Source of the DNA: Atribacterota bacterium
GTDB taxonomy: Bacteria; Atribacterota; Phoenicimicrobiia; Phoenicimicrobiales; Phoenicimicrobiaceae
Length of the DNA: 25,791 nt
Direction: 5' to 3'
NCBI GenBank assembly: GCA_038203565.1
Contig: JBBRDV010000016.1
Coordinates: forward strand, 1-25,791
Part shown: in pieces, positions 1-9,996 of the stretch
Layout of the letters: the number at the start of each line of letters is the position of its first letter
Numbering within the stretch: the stretch's first letter is position 1
Translations under genes and position numbers: made by a program
Notes under the pieces: model-generated
Told to the model about the DNA's origin: nothing
The model's database searches: none
Seen by the model: the letters and a program-made list of their open reading frames with translations, nothing else

Positions 1-487
1 TTAAATCTTTATCCCACAGACTCAATATCCCTTCTTTTACTTGCCCATCTTTCTCGATTGAATCTATTACTTTAGTTAAACCTCCTCCGGGAGATAACAT
101 CTTAGTGCTAAAGGTTTTTATATCTGGCTTTACGGTTCTAAGTTCATCGACATCTTTTAAATTATTTTCTCTGGCTTTCATCAGGTAAAACAGAACGACT
201 GCTGAAGTTAAATCCCAATCATTATTAAAGCCCCCGGCTATTTTAAAATATTCAGTTTCTTCCGTGTTTATTAAATTTTGTGAACCTTGAAATCCTAATA
301 TCTTTTTAAAATAAAATTGAACTGTTTGGCATACAGCTTTCCTAAAAGAATCCCGCACATCAATTAAGACACCATCAATATCAAAGACCAGAGTATCTAT
401 CTGAGGAATTTTATCCAAAATCTTTTTATTTAAAATACTGTCTTCGCTAAATAAATAATTTAAATTTAATTTTTCTGAAATTAACAT
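1..487 (-). CDS. HAD-superfamily hydrolase (TIGR01548-like, his-operon associated, possible histidinol-phosphatase); 3' end runs off the window
   Basis: Hand translation from ATG at 487: MLISEKLNL...LVFDIDGVLIDVRDSFRKAV...AGGFNNDWDLT. HAD motif I (DxDGV) is present and the gene is co-oriented downstream of hisD. Not in the ORF track because it has no stop in the window. Confidence 0.8.
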   Translation of the reverse strand, partial: MLISEKLNLNYLFSEDSILNKKILDKIPQIDTLVFDIDGVLIDVRDSFRKAVCQTVQFYFKKILGFQGSQNLINTEETEYFKIAGGFNNDWDLTSAVVLFYLMKARENNLKDVDELRTVKPDIKTFSTKMLSPGGGLTKVIDSIEKDGQVKEGILSLWDKDL

Positions 488-513
488 TAATTAATCAACT
501 CTTTCTTCACCTA

Positions 514-596
514 GGGGTCAGGTCTCAACATTTGACATAACATTTTTAGCTATTTTATTTAGGAGCGAGTTATGTCAAATGTTGAGACCTGACCCC
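514..596. repeat. Palindromic REP/MITE-like element A (perfect 28-bp inverted repeat, 27-bp spacer)
   Basis: GGGGTCAGGTCTCAACATTTGACATAAC (514-541) and its exact reverse complement at 569-596, between hisD and the HAD gene. Confidence 0.9.
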
Positions 597-602
597 ACTT
601 GG

Positions 603-1904
603 TTATTCTAAATTTCTTATTTCTATAGAACGGGCATGGGCTTCCAATCCTTCTAATCTGGCAAAACTGGCGATCTTTTCGCTGGCTTGTCCTAATCTTT
701 CTTTATCATAGAAAATGATGCTACTCCTCTTGGTAAAGTCTTTTACCGATAAGGGCGAAAAACATCTTGCTCCGCCGGAAGTAGGAAGAATATGATTGGG
801 CCCTGCCCAATAATCCCCTAAAGCCTCCGGAGAATAAGCACCCACAAATATTGCCCCGGCATTTTTTATTTCTCCCAATATCTGCCAGGGGTTTTCTATT
901 TGTAATTCTAAATGTTCAGGTGCAAAACCATTGACAAAATCTAAAATCATCTCTTTATCCTCGGCAACAATTAGCTTCCCTTTTTTCTTTAAAGACTCTT
1001 GAATGATTTCCTTTCTATTTAAATTCTTTAACTCCTGTTCAATCTCTTTCCTCACTTTATCAGCCAACGAGGAAGAAGCAGTAATTAAAATTGCCGAGGC
1101 TTCCACATCGTGCTCAGCTTGAGAAAGTAAATCACAGGCTAAATATCGGGGATTAGCCTTTTCATCAGCCCAGATAAGGATTTCACTCGGTCCCGCCAGC
1201 ATATCTATATCTACCTCTCCAAATACCATCTTTTTTGCCAGAGTTACATAGATGTTCCCTGGACCCACAATTTTATCTACTTTCTTTACAGTTTCTGTTC
1301 CATAGGTTAAAGCAGCGACGGCCTGGGCTCCTCCTATCTTATAAATCTCTGATATATTTAATTCTTTAGCAGTAGATAATAAGTAAGGATTTATTTTACC
1401 ATCAGAAGAAGGAGGAGTTACCACCACAATCTCTTTAACCCCTGCAATCATTGCTGGTACTGCTGCCATAATAAGAGAAGAAGGATAGGCAGCCGTTCCT
1501 CCCGGGACATACAAACCCACTCTCTTAATGGGATTCACTACTTGCCCCAAAATAATACCCTTTTCTTCTGTCGTAAACCAGGAATTTTCTTTCTGATGCA
1601 GGTGGTAATTTTTAATCTTTTTTATCGCCTCTTTTATTACTTCCAATAAATCAGCACTTACTTCTTGACTAACCTTACCCCATTCCTCTTTGCCTACCAG
1701 TATTTCTGAGGGATTCAGTCTTATGCCATCATACTTTTCCGTAAACTCAAGAAGGGCGTTATCTCCTTCCTTTTTCACTCTTAATATAATTTCTCTCACC
1801 TTATCTTTAATATCCTCTACCAGGTTATCTTCAGAATGCTTATGTATGCAGGTCTCTTTTATTTTTTCCTTATTTTCTCTGTTTAAAAAAATGGTCTCTA
1901 TCAA
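603..1904 (-). CDS. hisD: Histidinol dehydrogenase
   Basis: Motifs GLYVPGG, GGAQAVAA, KIVGPGNIYV, DMLAGPSE, DLLSQAEHD, APEHLE, GPNHILPT, EGLEAHA. Confidence 0.98.
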   Translation of the reverse strand: MIETIFLNRENKEKIKETCIHKHSEDNLVEDIKDKVREIILRVKKEGDNALLEFTEKYDGIRLNPSEILVGKEEWGKVSQEVSADLLEVIKEAIKKIKNYHLHQKENSWFTTEEKGIILGQVVNPIKRVGLYVPGGTAAYPSSLIMAAVPAMIAGVKEIVVVTPPSSDGKINPYLLSTAKELNISEIYKIGGAQAVAALTYGTETVKKVDKIVGPGNIYVTLAKKMVFGEVDIDMLAGPSEILIWADEKANPRYLACDLLSQAEHDVEASAILITASSSLADKVRKEIEQELKNLNRKEIIQESLKKKGKLIVAEDKEMILDFVNGFAPEHLELQIENPWQILGEIKNAGAIFVGAYSPEALGDYWAGPNHILPTSGGARCFSPLSVKDFTKRSSIIFYDKERLGQASEKIASFARLEGLEAHARSIEIRNLE

Positions 1905-1999
1905 TTTTTAATCAATCCCTTCTTTTGCAATATTTCAGATATTTTTTTAGAAATTTATTTTAGACAATCATTCTATTTATCTCTATATGCTCTATGCCC

Positions 2000-2686
2000 T
2001 TACCATTCTGCAATTTTATCTGATTCTAAGGATATAAATTTTTTAATGTCCTGCGAAAGGCTGGTAACTCTTTTATGTTTAGTCTTATAACTAATTCGGT
2101 TAACGATAAGCTGAGCGCTAATAGGAATTATTTCATCAATGATGGTAAGCTTATTTTCCTCTAAGGTACGTCCGGTAGAGACTATATCAACAATCATATC
2201 TGCTAAACCTACCTGAGGGGCCAATTCTACAGAGCCATAGAGCTTTATTAATTCCACATATATTCCTTTTTTCTTAAAGTATTCTCCAGCAATATGAGGA
2301 TATTTAGTAGCCACTTTTAAACGGTGTCCGTTATTTTTATAATATTTTTCTTGCTTCCCTCCCTCTAAAGCAGCTACTACCATTTTGCACCTTCCAAACT
2401 TTAAATCTAAGAGTCTATAAACATCTTTTTTTTCTTCTAATAACACATCCTCCCCCACTATCCCGATATCTGCTGCTCCACATTCAACATAGGTGGGGTT
2501 ATCTTTGGGTCTGGTAATAATAAATTTAATCTCCTCTTCCTCGTTAAAAAATGTTAGCTTCCTGCTTATCTCTTTTCCACCCTTTAAATCTATCCCTATC
2601 CTCTCAAATAATTGGATAGAAGGTTTGAATAATTTCCCGCCGGATAAAGCAATAACCAAATAATTAGTATTATTTTCTCTATTCAT
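2000..2686 (-). CDS. hisG: ATP phosphoribosyltransferase, short form
   Basis: Motifs ADIGIVGEDVLLE, VATKYP, KLYGSVELAPQVGLADMIVDIVSTGRTLEEN; 228 aa; adjacent to hisZ. Confidence 0.97.
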   Translation of the reverse strand: MNRENNTNYLVIALSGGKLFKPSIQLFERIGIDLKGGKEISRKLTFFNEEEEIKFIITRPKDNPTYVECGAADIGIVGEDVLLEEKKDVYRLLDLKFGRCKMVVAALEGGKQEKYYKNNGHRLKVATKYPHIAGEYFKKKGIYVELIKLYGSVELAPQVGLADMIVDIVSTGRTLEENKLTIIDEIIPISAQLIVNRISYKTKHKRVTSLSQDIKKFISLESDKIAEW

Positions 2687-3920
2687 AATTTATGATTTCC
2701 TCTTTTTCGGATACTACTTCAACTCTTTTGATTTTATTTAATCGCTTATCATCTACTATCAATATATATTTTATTCCTTTAGAGCGAGCATATTTCAACA
2801 CCTCGGTAAACTTTCTCTTTCCTACTTCCAGCTCTACAATCAGCCCCTTTTTTCTCAAATCTTTAGCTACCACCAGGGCTTTTTTAAAATTGTCTTCATT
2901 ATTTTGGTAATATAGCAAATACTGCTCAGTTCTTTCTAAATTTAGTGAATTTATATCCTCTCTCTCTAAGGCCATTATCAATCTTTCTAATCCGATGGCA
3001 AAACCAGTAGAAGGTATATTTTCTCCAAATTTTGAGCACAGGTTATCATATCTCCCTCCACCACAGACCGGAAACCCTAAGTAGTCAGTATAGCCTTCGA
3101 ATATAATCCCGGTATAATAATCAAAATCACGAATAATTCCTAAATCTATTAGAATATATTCTTCTAATTTATAATTTCTTAAAAGATTATATACTCCTCT
3201 TATCTCCTTTAAGGCAGACATCGATAATTCATTGTTTATTATCTTCTCCACCTCTTCTAATACTTCTTCTTTCCCCCTTAAGGTGGGCATCTTCAAAATA
3301 AATTCTTTTTCCTCATCTTTAATATCGGAAAAATATAATATCTTTTCCAGTAATACAAAATTTTTATTTAAAATTGCTTCTTTTATTTCCTGTTTTCTTT
3401 TTTCTTCAATTTTTATCGATTGCATAATTCCATTAAATAAATTGATATGACCTATGTCTATAATAAATTTCCTAAGCCCACTATTCTTCAAACTCTCCAC
3501 CGCCAAAGCAATAACCTCTGCATCCGCTTCTTTGCTATTGACCCCTATTAGTTCTACCCCTGCCTGGCAAAACTCTCTTTGGTTTCCCACTTTATCATCA
3601 TACCTAAATACATTACCTATGTAATACAATCTCGATGGTTTTGGCTCCAGTTGCATTTTAGTCGAAGCTACTCTGGCGATAGAAGTAGTCATCTCAGGGC
3701 GAAAGGCAATAATATTTCCTTCTCGGTCAAAAAACTTAATCATCTCCTTTTGCATCATTGACCCTGCACCCTTTGCCAGTGTTTCATAAAATTCAAAAGT
3801 AGGAGTAATGATCTCTTGATAACCCCATTGGGTAAAAATCTTACTTATTCTATTTTCTAATAATCTCCTCTTCAAAACTTCTCCTGGCAACAAATCATTT
3901 AAACCTTTAGGAATATTCAT
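2679..3920 (-). CDS. hisZ: ATP phosphoribosyltransferase regulatory subunit
   Basis: HisRS-like paralog (RPEMTTSIAR, REFCQAGVELIG, DYYTGIIFEGY, GGGRYDNL) overlapping short hisG. Confidence 0.95.
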   Translation of the reverse strand: MNIPKGLNDLLPGEVLKRRLLENRISKIFTQWGYQEIITPTFEFYETLAKGAGSMMQKEMIKFFDREGNIIAFRPEMTTSIARVASTKMQLEPKPSRLYYIGNVFRYDDKVGNQREFCQAGVELIGVNSKEADAEVIALAVESLKNSGLRKFIIDIGHINLFNGIMQSIKIEEKRKQEIKEAILNKNFVLLEKILYFSDIKDEEKEFILKMPTLRGKEEVLEEVEKIINNELSMSALKEIRGVYNLLRNYKLEEYILIDLGIIRDFDYYTGIIFEGYTDYLGFPVCGGGRYDNLCSKFGENIPSTGFAIGLERLIMALEREDINSLNLERTEQYLLYYQNNEDNFKKALVVAKDLRKKGLIVELEVGKRKFTEVLKYARSKGIKYILIVDDKRLNKIKRVEVVSEKEEIINYE

Positions 3921-3970
3921 CGACTATACCTCTTCCCTAACCCTTGTCTCTTTCAAAATTTTATTTTCAT

Positions 3971-4002
3971 TCTTTAATACGTTAAATAATTAACGAGTGA
4001 AA
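3971..4002. promoter_or_regulatory. Candidate HisR (YerC/TrpR-family) operator, possibly tandem
   Basis: CTTTA-atacgt-TAAA (3972-3986) fits the recalled TTTA-N6-TAAA core. A weaker second copy, ATTA-acgagt-GAAA, lies 16 bp along. Both sit between the his promoter and hisZ. Confidence 0.5.
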
Positions 4003-4011
4003 TTTAGAGAA

Positions 4012-4040
4012 ATTTTAACATTGTTTTAAAATTTTGTCAA
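4012..4040 (-). promoter_or_regulatory. Sigma70/SigA promoter of the his operon
   Basis: Minus strand TTGACA-17 bp-TAAAAT with an extended -10 TG. Confidence 0.8.
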
Positions 4041-4071
4041 ATATTTCCCCTTCCCCCACATTAGCGCTTTA

Positions 4072-4080
4072 TGATATAAT
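4072..4080 (+). promoter_or_regulatory. Extended -10 promoter element for the SWIM-SNF2 gene
   Basis: TGaTATAAT about 40 bp upstream of the ATG; RBS AAGGAG before 4122. Confidence 0.6.
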
Positions 4081-4121
4081 CGTTTAATGAAAAAATCAAT
4101 GAATTGCGGTAAGGAGTACTG

Positions 4122-7100
4122 ATGGTTACCAGAAATAAATTCGGGCGTACCTGGTGGGGAAATGCCTGGTTAGAAGCAATGGCACGAATTGATTATGACA
4201 CCAACCGCTTACCCAGGGGAAGAAGTTATGCCGACGGTGGTAGGGTACAAGAGATTCAGATTTGTAAGGGTATTGTGAAAGCAAAAGTAAAAGGTAGACA
4301 ACCAAAACCTTATCAAGTAACAATTTACTTGCAAAAATTTTCCCCGGAACAGTTCGCGAAAATACAATCCTGTATCGCCGAAGATCCGTCCTTGGCCTCC
4401 GAATTGGCTTTGGGAAAACTACCGGAAGAGATGTTAGACCGGCTTGCTCAAGAAAATATCTTTCTTTTACCGACTACCTGGCAAGAACTTAACGCAAATT
4501 GTTCCTGCCCCGACTGGGCTAACCCCTGCAAGCACCTCGCTGCAGTCTATTACCTTATCGCTAATGAAGTGGACAAAAACCCCTTTATTTTATTTCACCT
4601 ACGAGGAGTGAAAACCAACACGCTGATGCAGGCCGCCGGTTTTGCAGAACCTGCCGCGGCTGCTGAAAACAAAGAAACTTTTATCCCTTATACACAAATA
4701 AAAGTTCCCATTAAAGACAATAAAGTCGAACCCGAGTTTTCTTCAATTTTAAGTTCTCTTTCTCAAGAAAAGGATAGTAGTGCCGTTTTTGCCCTCCTGG
4801 AGGAATCCCCTTTGTTTTACCCCGAGGGTAATTTTACACAGCTCCTCTTTAAAGCTTATCGTAATATAGCAAACCATATAAAACAGCTACAGCTACTGGA
4901 AGAGTCCCCCAGTTGGTTAAAGTCAAATATTTGCCTGCTCGATCCGGGAATTAAGGTGCGCCAGCCCTTGTCCGAAACTTCTTTTTTTATCTTTCTCCCA
5001 AAAAAAATCCCGGAAGGTTTGGAAGTCCCATCAAAAATGATTTCCGTTCCCGAAACCGTGGATGAAAAACTGGTTCTAAAAAGGAAAAAAGGAAGACTAT
5101 TGCCTGCAGCAATCCTAATTGATTACTTTATAAGACTACCACTGCGGCTTTCTTCTGAAGAAAACTCCCCCGAGGTAAGACTTATCAGCATCGCAACCAC
5201 TATAGCCCTGGCCCTGGCCCGAGCATCAGCATTTGTACCACAGATCAAAAATGACCAAAAAGGCAACTTTTTTGTGCGTTATATGCCCCTCTACCAGGCG
5301 AAAGTCACTGAAAAAGCCCTGGACTTTCTGGCGAACCTCATCCCGGCAACTTTTTTTTATCGAAAAAAAGAAAAATCTATTTTTATGGGGCGAGATGCCG
5401 CCAAGTCTCTTTTATCACTTATCCTGACTCATATTGTGCATCGCTTTGCCGGGATCAAAGAAAGTAATAAACTTTGTAACACTTTTTTTAATGGGGACTA
5501 TTACCCGGTTCAGGACTTTACCGAAAAGCAGACCGCTAATGTAATTAAAAACTGGTTAAGTATACTAAACTTAAGTGGAAATGATATTTCTCCGGCAATT
5601 AGGATCGAAATACTCCCGGGGAAGAAAACTTATTTTCAGTTACAGGTAGAGGTAGAAAACAAAAAAGATCCCCTTTCCCCACTTCTCCCTTTAGCGGATG
5701 TATTTACGACAAAAAAAACTATTTTCTCGCGTCCCATTGAAATGGTGCGCTTTACCGTAGCCCACCAAATTTCTGCAGCTTCTACTTATTTCCCACCTCT
5801 AAAAACGGTTCTCAGTAGTAAAGGAAAGAAGTCACCCCTTATCGACCCCCTGGAAATGGCCAAATTTATCCAAAATGGTCAACATATCTTTAATATGCTT
5901 GGCATACGTGTGATCGTACCCAAAGAATTAAAAATACTTAGCTCACCTCAGCTGTCTCTGGGAGCTAAGCTCAAAGCCAGCGAGAAGCAAAACATTTCTT
6001 ATTTTAACCTGGAAGAAATGTTAACATTCTCCTGGGAGGTGGCTCTGGGTGATCTTAAGCTAACGCGAAAAGAATTTCTCCAGCTGGTCAAATCTGCAGT
6101 AGGGGTAGTAAAGTTCAAAGAGCACTATCTGCTACTGCAGCCTGAAGAAGTAGCGCGAATAGTTAAAAAACTAAACCAACCTTTGCCTAAATTATCTTCT
6201 GCGGAAATAATGCAAGCATCACTAACCGGACAGACCGCCAGTATTTTTTTTCATTCTGATAATGAACTCCGTAAAATGATAGATGGGCTTACCAAATTCA
6301 AACTGATCAAAATCCCAAAAACCCTAAAAACAGTACTTCGACCCTACCAGAAGCGAGGTTTTCAGTGGCTTTATTCTAACGCTGACAAAGGGCTCGGTTC
6401 CTGCCTGGCCGATGATATGGGATTGGGTAAAACCATCCAGGCGATTGCTCTTATTTTAAAGCTCAAAGAAGAGAAAAAACTGGAGCACCCTGCACTGGTA
6501 ATCTGCCCGACTACCCTGGTCGGTAACTGGCTGAAGGAATGCAACAAATTTGCCCCATCTTTAAGAGCTTTGACATATCACGGACCAGAACGTCGACTTA
6601 TTACCGCTCACGCCGATTTAGTCATTACCACATATGGGTTAATGCGCCAGGAAGTTGAAAAATTTGCAAAAAGAAAATGGAACCTTATCATTATTGATGA
6701 AGCTCAAAATATAAAAAATGCAGATAGTAAGCAGACCAAAGCGGTTAAAACATTAAAAGCCATTGGCTCTATCGCTTTAAGCGGAACGCCGGTAGAAAAC
6801 CGCCTGAGTGAGCTCTGGAGTATTTTTGATTATTTGAACCCAGGCTACCTGGGAACCCGACAGAATTTTGAGCAACGTTTTGCCATGCCCATCGAAAAGT
6901 ACCGTGATCAGAAAAAAATCGCCTTATTGCAAAAATCCACCGCCCCATTCATTATGCGTCGTATGAAGACAGATCGTTCTATTATACAGGATTTACCGGA
7001 TAAAATAGTAAAAAATGAATACTGTTACCTGAGCAAAGAACAGACTGCTATCTATCAGCGTGTTGTAGATGCCAATATACAGGAGATTTCGGAAAGCGAA

Positions 7101-7727
7101 GGAATCGCGCGCCGGGGACTTGTTTTCAAGTTAATGACCTCTCTAAAACAGATCTGCAACCACCCGGTTCAGTATACCAAAAAAGGAACTGTCATTAAAG
7201 AGCACTCGGGCAAAGCAGAGATGACTATTTCTCTACTAAAAAAGATTGTTTCTACCGGAGAAAAAGTTCTCTTGTTCACCCAATACAAAGAGATGGGGAA
7301 TCTACTGGTACAACTAATCCAGACAGAACTTCGAATAGTGCCTCTCTTTTTTCACGGCAGCCTCACCAGGAAAAAGCGGGAAATGATGATCGAGGATTTC
7401 CAGAATGGCAATACCTCCCCAATTATGATCATCTCACTGAAAGCAGGAGGTACAGGCCTTAACCTGACCGCCGCAACCAACGTCATCCACTATGACCTCT
7501 GGTGGAACCCTGCCGTAGAAGCACAAGCAACTGACCGAACTTACCGTATCGGCCAAAGCAGGAATGTATTTGTACACCGACTTATTACCATCGGTACATT
7601 CGAAGAAAAAATTGATGAAATAATCAGCGCCAAAAAAGAGTTGGTTAATTTAACTGTTTCTGCCGGTGAAAAATGGCTCAGTGAACTCTCCAACCAGGAA
7701 CTAAAAGAAATATTTAAGCTAAGCTAA
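4122..7727 (+). CDS. SWIM zinc finger + SNF2-family helicase
   Basis: N-terminal NRLPRGRSYA and CSCPDWANPCKHLAA (SWIM). C-terminal LRPYQ, LADDMGLGKT, DEAQNIKN, LSGTPVENRL, SLKAGGTGLNLT, WWNPAVEAQATDRTYRIGQ. Confidence 0.95.
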   Translation: MVTRNKFGRTWWGNAWLEAMARIDYDTNRLPRGRSYADGGRVQEIQICKGIVKAKVKGRQPKPYQVTIYLQKFSPEQFAKIQSCIAEDPSLASELALGKLPEEMLDRLAQENIFLLPTTWQELNANCSCPDWANPCKHLAAVYYLIANEVDKNPFILFHLRGVKTNTLMQAAGFAEPAAAAENKETFIPYTQIKVPIKDNKVEPEFSSILSSLSQEKDSSAVFALLEESPLFYPEGNFTQLLFKAYRNIANHIKQLQLLEESPSWLKSNICLLDPGIKVRQPLSETSFFIFLPKKIPEGLEVPSKMISVPETVDEKLVLKRKKGRLLPAAILIDYFIRLPLRLSSEENSPEVRLISIATTIALALARASAFVPQIKNDQKGNFFVRYMPLYQAKVTEKALDFLANLIPATFFYRKKEKSIFMGRDAAKSLLSLILTHIVHRFAGIKESNKLCNTFFNGDYYPVQDFTEKQTANVIKNWLSILNLSGNDISPAIRIEILPGKKTYFQLQVEVENKKDPLSPLLPLADVFTTKKTIFSRPIEMVRFTVAHQISAASTYFPPLKTVLSSKGKKSPLIDPLEMAKFIQNGQHIFNMLGIRVIVPKELKILSSPQLSLGAKLKASEKQNISYFNLEEMLTFSWEVALGDLKLTRKEFLQLVKSAVGVVKFKEHYLLLQPEEVARIVKKLNQPLPKLSSAEIMQASLTGQTASIFFHSDNELRKMIDGLTKFKLIKIPKTLKTVLRPYQKRGFQWLYSNADKGLGSCLADDMGLGKTIQAIALILKLKEEKKLEHPALVICPTTLVGNWLKECNKFAPSLRALTYHGPERRLITAHADLVITTYGLMRQEVEKFAKRKWNLIIIDEAQNIKNADSKQTKAVKTLKAIGSIALSGTPVENRLSELWSIFDYLNPGYLGTRQNFEQRFAMPIEKYRDQKKIALLQKSTAPFIMRRMKTDRSIIQDLPDKIVKNEYCYLSKEQTAIYQRVVDANIQEISESEGIARRGLVFKLMTSLKQICNHPVQYTKKGTVIKEHSGKAEMTISLLKKIVSTGEKVLLFTQYKEMGNLLVQLIQTELRIVPLFFHGSLTRKKREMMIEDFQNGNTSPIMIISLKAGGTGLNLTAATNVIHYDLWWNPAVEAQATDRTYRIGQSRNVFVHRLITIGTFEEKIDEIISAKKELVNLTVSAGEKWLSELSNQELKEIFKLS

Positions 7728-7862
7728 TTCTTCTACCAGGATTTCTCTGGATAACTCTATCATTGTTTTATGTTGTTGACCATTTCACGAGGTACACCTT
7801 CCCTGTTTATCTAATTTAAAATAAAATATTAATCACCTGAGAAAATAGGACCTATCTCTATA

Positions 7863-7922
7863 TTATCTACCGAAGAGCTATAATTCATCAAAGGTCTTGA
7901 ATTTAAATTCAGTATGTTTCAT
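7863..7922 (-). pseudogene. 5' remnant resembling the start of an alpha/beta hydrolase (lysophospholipase-like)
   Basis: GAGG RBS, then MKHTEFKFKTFDEL*LFGR*, which resembles typical monoacylglycerol-lipase N-termini. It ends next to the short palindrome remnant AATAGGACCTAT (~7844). Confidence 0.4.
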
Positions 7923-7963
7923 TTCTTTGCCTCTTTGCCTTTTTTTTTATTAGAATACTATAC

Positions 7964-8509
7964 TAATGATTGTAAACAAAAAGTCATAATTTGCTATAAA
8001 ATTACCTGCAGTGTACTATATACATAACCTTCCTTCTTATACTACAACAAAAGGCTTATAAAACCCTTCTTTTTCAAGAAAAAAACTGGATTCCCGCACT
8101 TTCTTCGAAATTTCGTAATGACAGAGAGAGTAAAACTAACAATATTTACTTACAAATGGGGAAAATGTGTAAAACCTGTGGGGAAATACCTTCTTGAAAG
8201 CCTTATTTTACAAGGCTTTCAAGAGAATAACGCCAGAACTGCTTGTACGAGTATATTTTGCCTTAACTTATACTTTACCCCTCAAAAATGGCACTTTTTT
8301 GACTAAAATTCCATCATCTAAAAATCTGAAAGTGGCTTTTTATAAGGGTTTCCTAATTTTAGGGAGGTAAAAATAGGCTAAAAATGGGGGTCGTAATTGC
8401 CGTTTTTTTGAAAATTGAGGTGCGTTTAAAGGCACTCTACGTGCGTTAAAAGGGCATTCCTGAAGGGGGTATGAAAGCCTTGTAAATAAAGGCTTTATGG
8501 GGGGTAATT
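7964..8509 (+). repeat. Long dispersed non-coding repeat, copy 1 (core 8117-~8509; 5' extension 7964-8116 shared with copy 2)
   Basis: Aligns by eye to 17562-18141 and 21309-21726; 27-bp palindromic sites at 8195, 8327 and 8472. Confidence 0.93.
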
Positions 8510-8526
8510 AAAAATATATGTTGCTT

Positions 8527-8968
8527 CTATTTCAAACTCATTGTGGTTAGGATAAGCTCCTTAATTTCTGATGGTAATTGTTCAGTTTGCCATTTTCTTT
8601 CTACATCTACTGATTTACCAGCAATTTTTACGGCCTTCAAAGCATACAAGGCTGCTCCCAATGAATGGTCAGCCATACCAATTCCTCTCAGCAACCTTTT
8701 TCCCCGCAACAGTGAATAAATTTTCCCAGTATCTTTTCCTGGTTCCTGAGCGGCAATATCTGCACACGCTTTCCCCACTTCTTCGATGGGCACACTAAAA
8801 GCTTCCAATGCATAAGGTAAATTCTTTAAATCTTTATTTAACTTGGGGCTTGTCTTGATATCATGATAAAAATCGGTTTCGACCATGCCGGGGATTAGCA
8901 TATGAATGGAAATAGGATGTCCTTTATATTCTTCGGCTAAATTCCTGAACTTTGTCTTTCAGTTTCAT
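8527..8968 (-). pseudogene. Deleted/chimeric gene: SDR start + SDR C-terminal part + Imm5-like C-terminal fragment
   Basis: GGAG RBS + MKLKDKV (8968) jumps out of frame to LAEEYKGHPISIHMLIPGMVETDF (SDR C-terminus; TGxxxGxG and YxxxK are missing). At ~8676 it switches to MADHSLGAALYALKAVK...ERKWQ, which resembles Imm5-like proteins. Confidence 0.65.
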
Positions 8969-8995
8969 AGTTATTCTCCATTCGTATGAATCCAT

Positions 8996-9020
8996 GTGTC
9001 AAATCTCAACATTTGGCATA
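8996..9020 (+). repeat. Degenerate half-copy of palindromic element A
   Basis: GTGTCAAATCTCAACATTTGGCATA matches GGGTCAGGTCTCAACATTTGACATA at 21/25 positions. Confidence 0.65.
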
Positions 9021-9072
9021 CACTACTATTAAGAAATTGAAAATGAGATGTAAATGGGGTTAGATATACTCG

Positions 9073-9501
9073 CTATTTACCACCAAAATGTATCATCTTA
9101 ATCTTAATAATCATTTTGTCTTCATTAACTTGCATTTTTAATTTTTTGTATGGCCCAGGAATTCCTTTTTTGAAATAATTCGTTAACCCTATTGGCTCTT
9201 TAGGTATGTTGAAAATGTAAGTATCAAGTTTCCCATTTCCATTTTTATCCTGAAACATAGATATAACATATTCTCCATTTGGTAGTACTTCATCTATCAA
9301 TAGAGTAGCGGAAGTAGAATCAATCGTTAGTGCTTTGTAAGGAATATTATTTTTATATCCATCTTTGGAATTAAAAATTGCCATAATTATTTTACCTTGA
9401 TTGGGTAATACTTCACTAATCTCGATAGTCACGTTTAATGGTTCAGCAAAAATACTAGTAGAATATAGCAAAAAGATGATTAGAAATAGTATTTTTTTCA
9501 T
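9073..9501 (-). CDS. DUF2141-family exported protein
   Basis: Signal peptide; GEYVISMFQDKNGNGKLD...PKEPIGLTN motif. Confidence 0.85.
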   Translation of the reverse strand: MKKILFLIIFLLYSTSIFAEPLNVTIEISEVLPNQGKIIMAIFNSKDGYKNNIPYKALTIDSTSATLLIDEVLPNGEYVISMFQDKNGNGKLDTYIFNIPKEPIGLTNYFKKGIPGPYKKLKMQVNEDKMIIKIKMIHFGGK

Positions 9502-9627
9502 GAAGTTACTCCTTTCTATCTTAGATAATTATCTTCTTTTTTCCAGAATCTCACATCATAAGCGCACTATTTCATTTACACTAGCAAACTAATCTATCAA
9601 CATATGCTTAATGTTTTTTCTCATTTA

Positions 9628-9996
9628 TTAATTGTATTTTTGTAGGCAATAACACAGATTGCCTATATAAAATAAGAGAATATGAGCTTGGCAAATATAT
9701 AATTTATAAAGAACATAGGGTAGCAAGGCAATAAATCCCAAAAGAACTCTAAAGGCATCTTCTTCAACTGTTCTATCTTTTGGTTTTAAAAGGGTAAAGA
9801 TCGTGAAAGTAATCCCAAGAATGGTCGGCGCTTCCCATTTTGTTAATACGGTCCATGCGCCAAAAGTAGTGGCAACTGCTTTTCCACCATTGAACCTTAA
9901 CATTGGAGAAAAGGCGTGTCCTAAAATGCCAAAACTGAACCAGATAGAAACTGTAAAAAAATTGCCAGAGAGTATATACCACCAAACCATAAACAT
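9628..9996 (-). pseudogene. PlsY-like acyltransferase, N-terminally deleted fragment
   Basis: GHAFSP..FNGGKAVATTFG is PlsY motif 2; motif 1 (GSGNxGxTN) is absent. Overlaps the truncated end of the GT2 gene. Confidence 0.7.

Noticed and set aside
3921..4011. His-leader attenuator or T-box upstream of hisZ
   Set aside because: The leader is under 100 nt, with no His-codon run and no T-box motif.
8118..8306. ORFs inside the long repeats (8118-8306, 21359-21553)
   Set aside because: They are in different frames in homologous copies and not conserved in copy 2; spurious.
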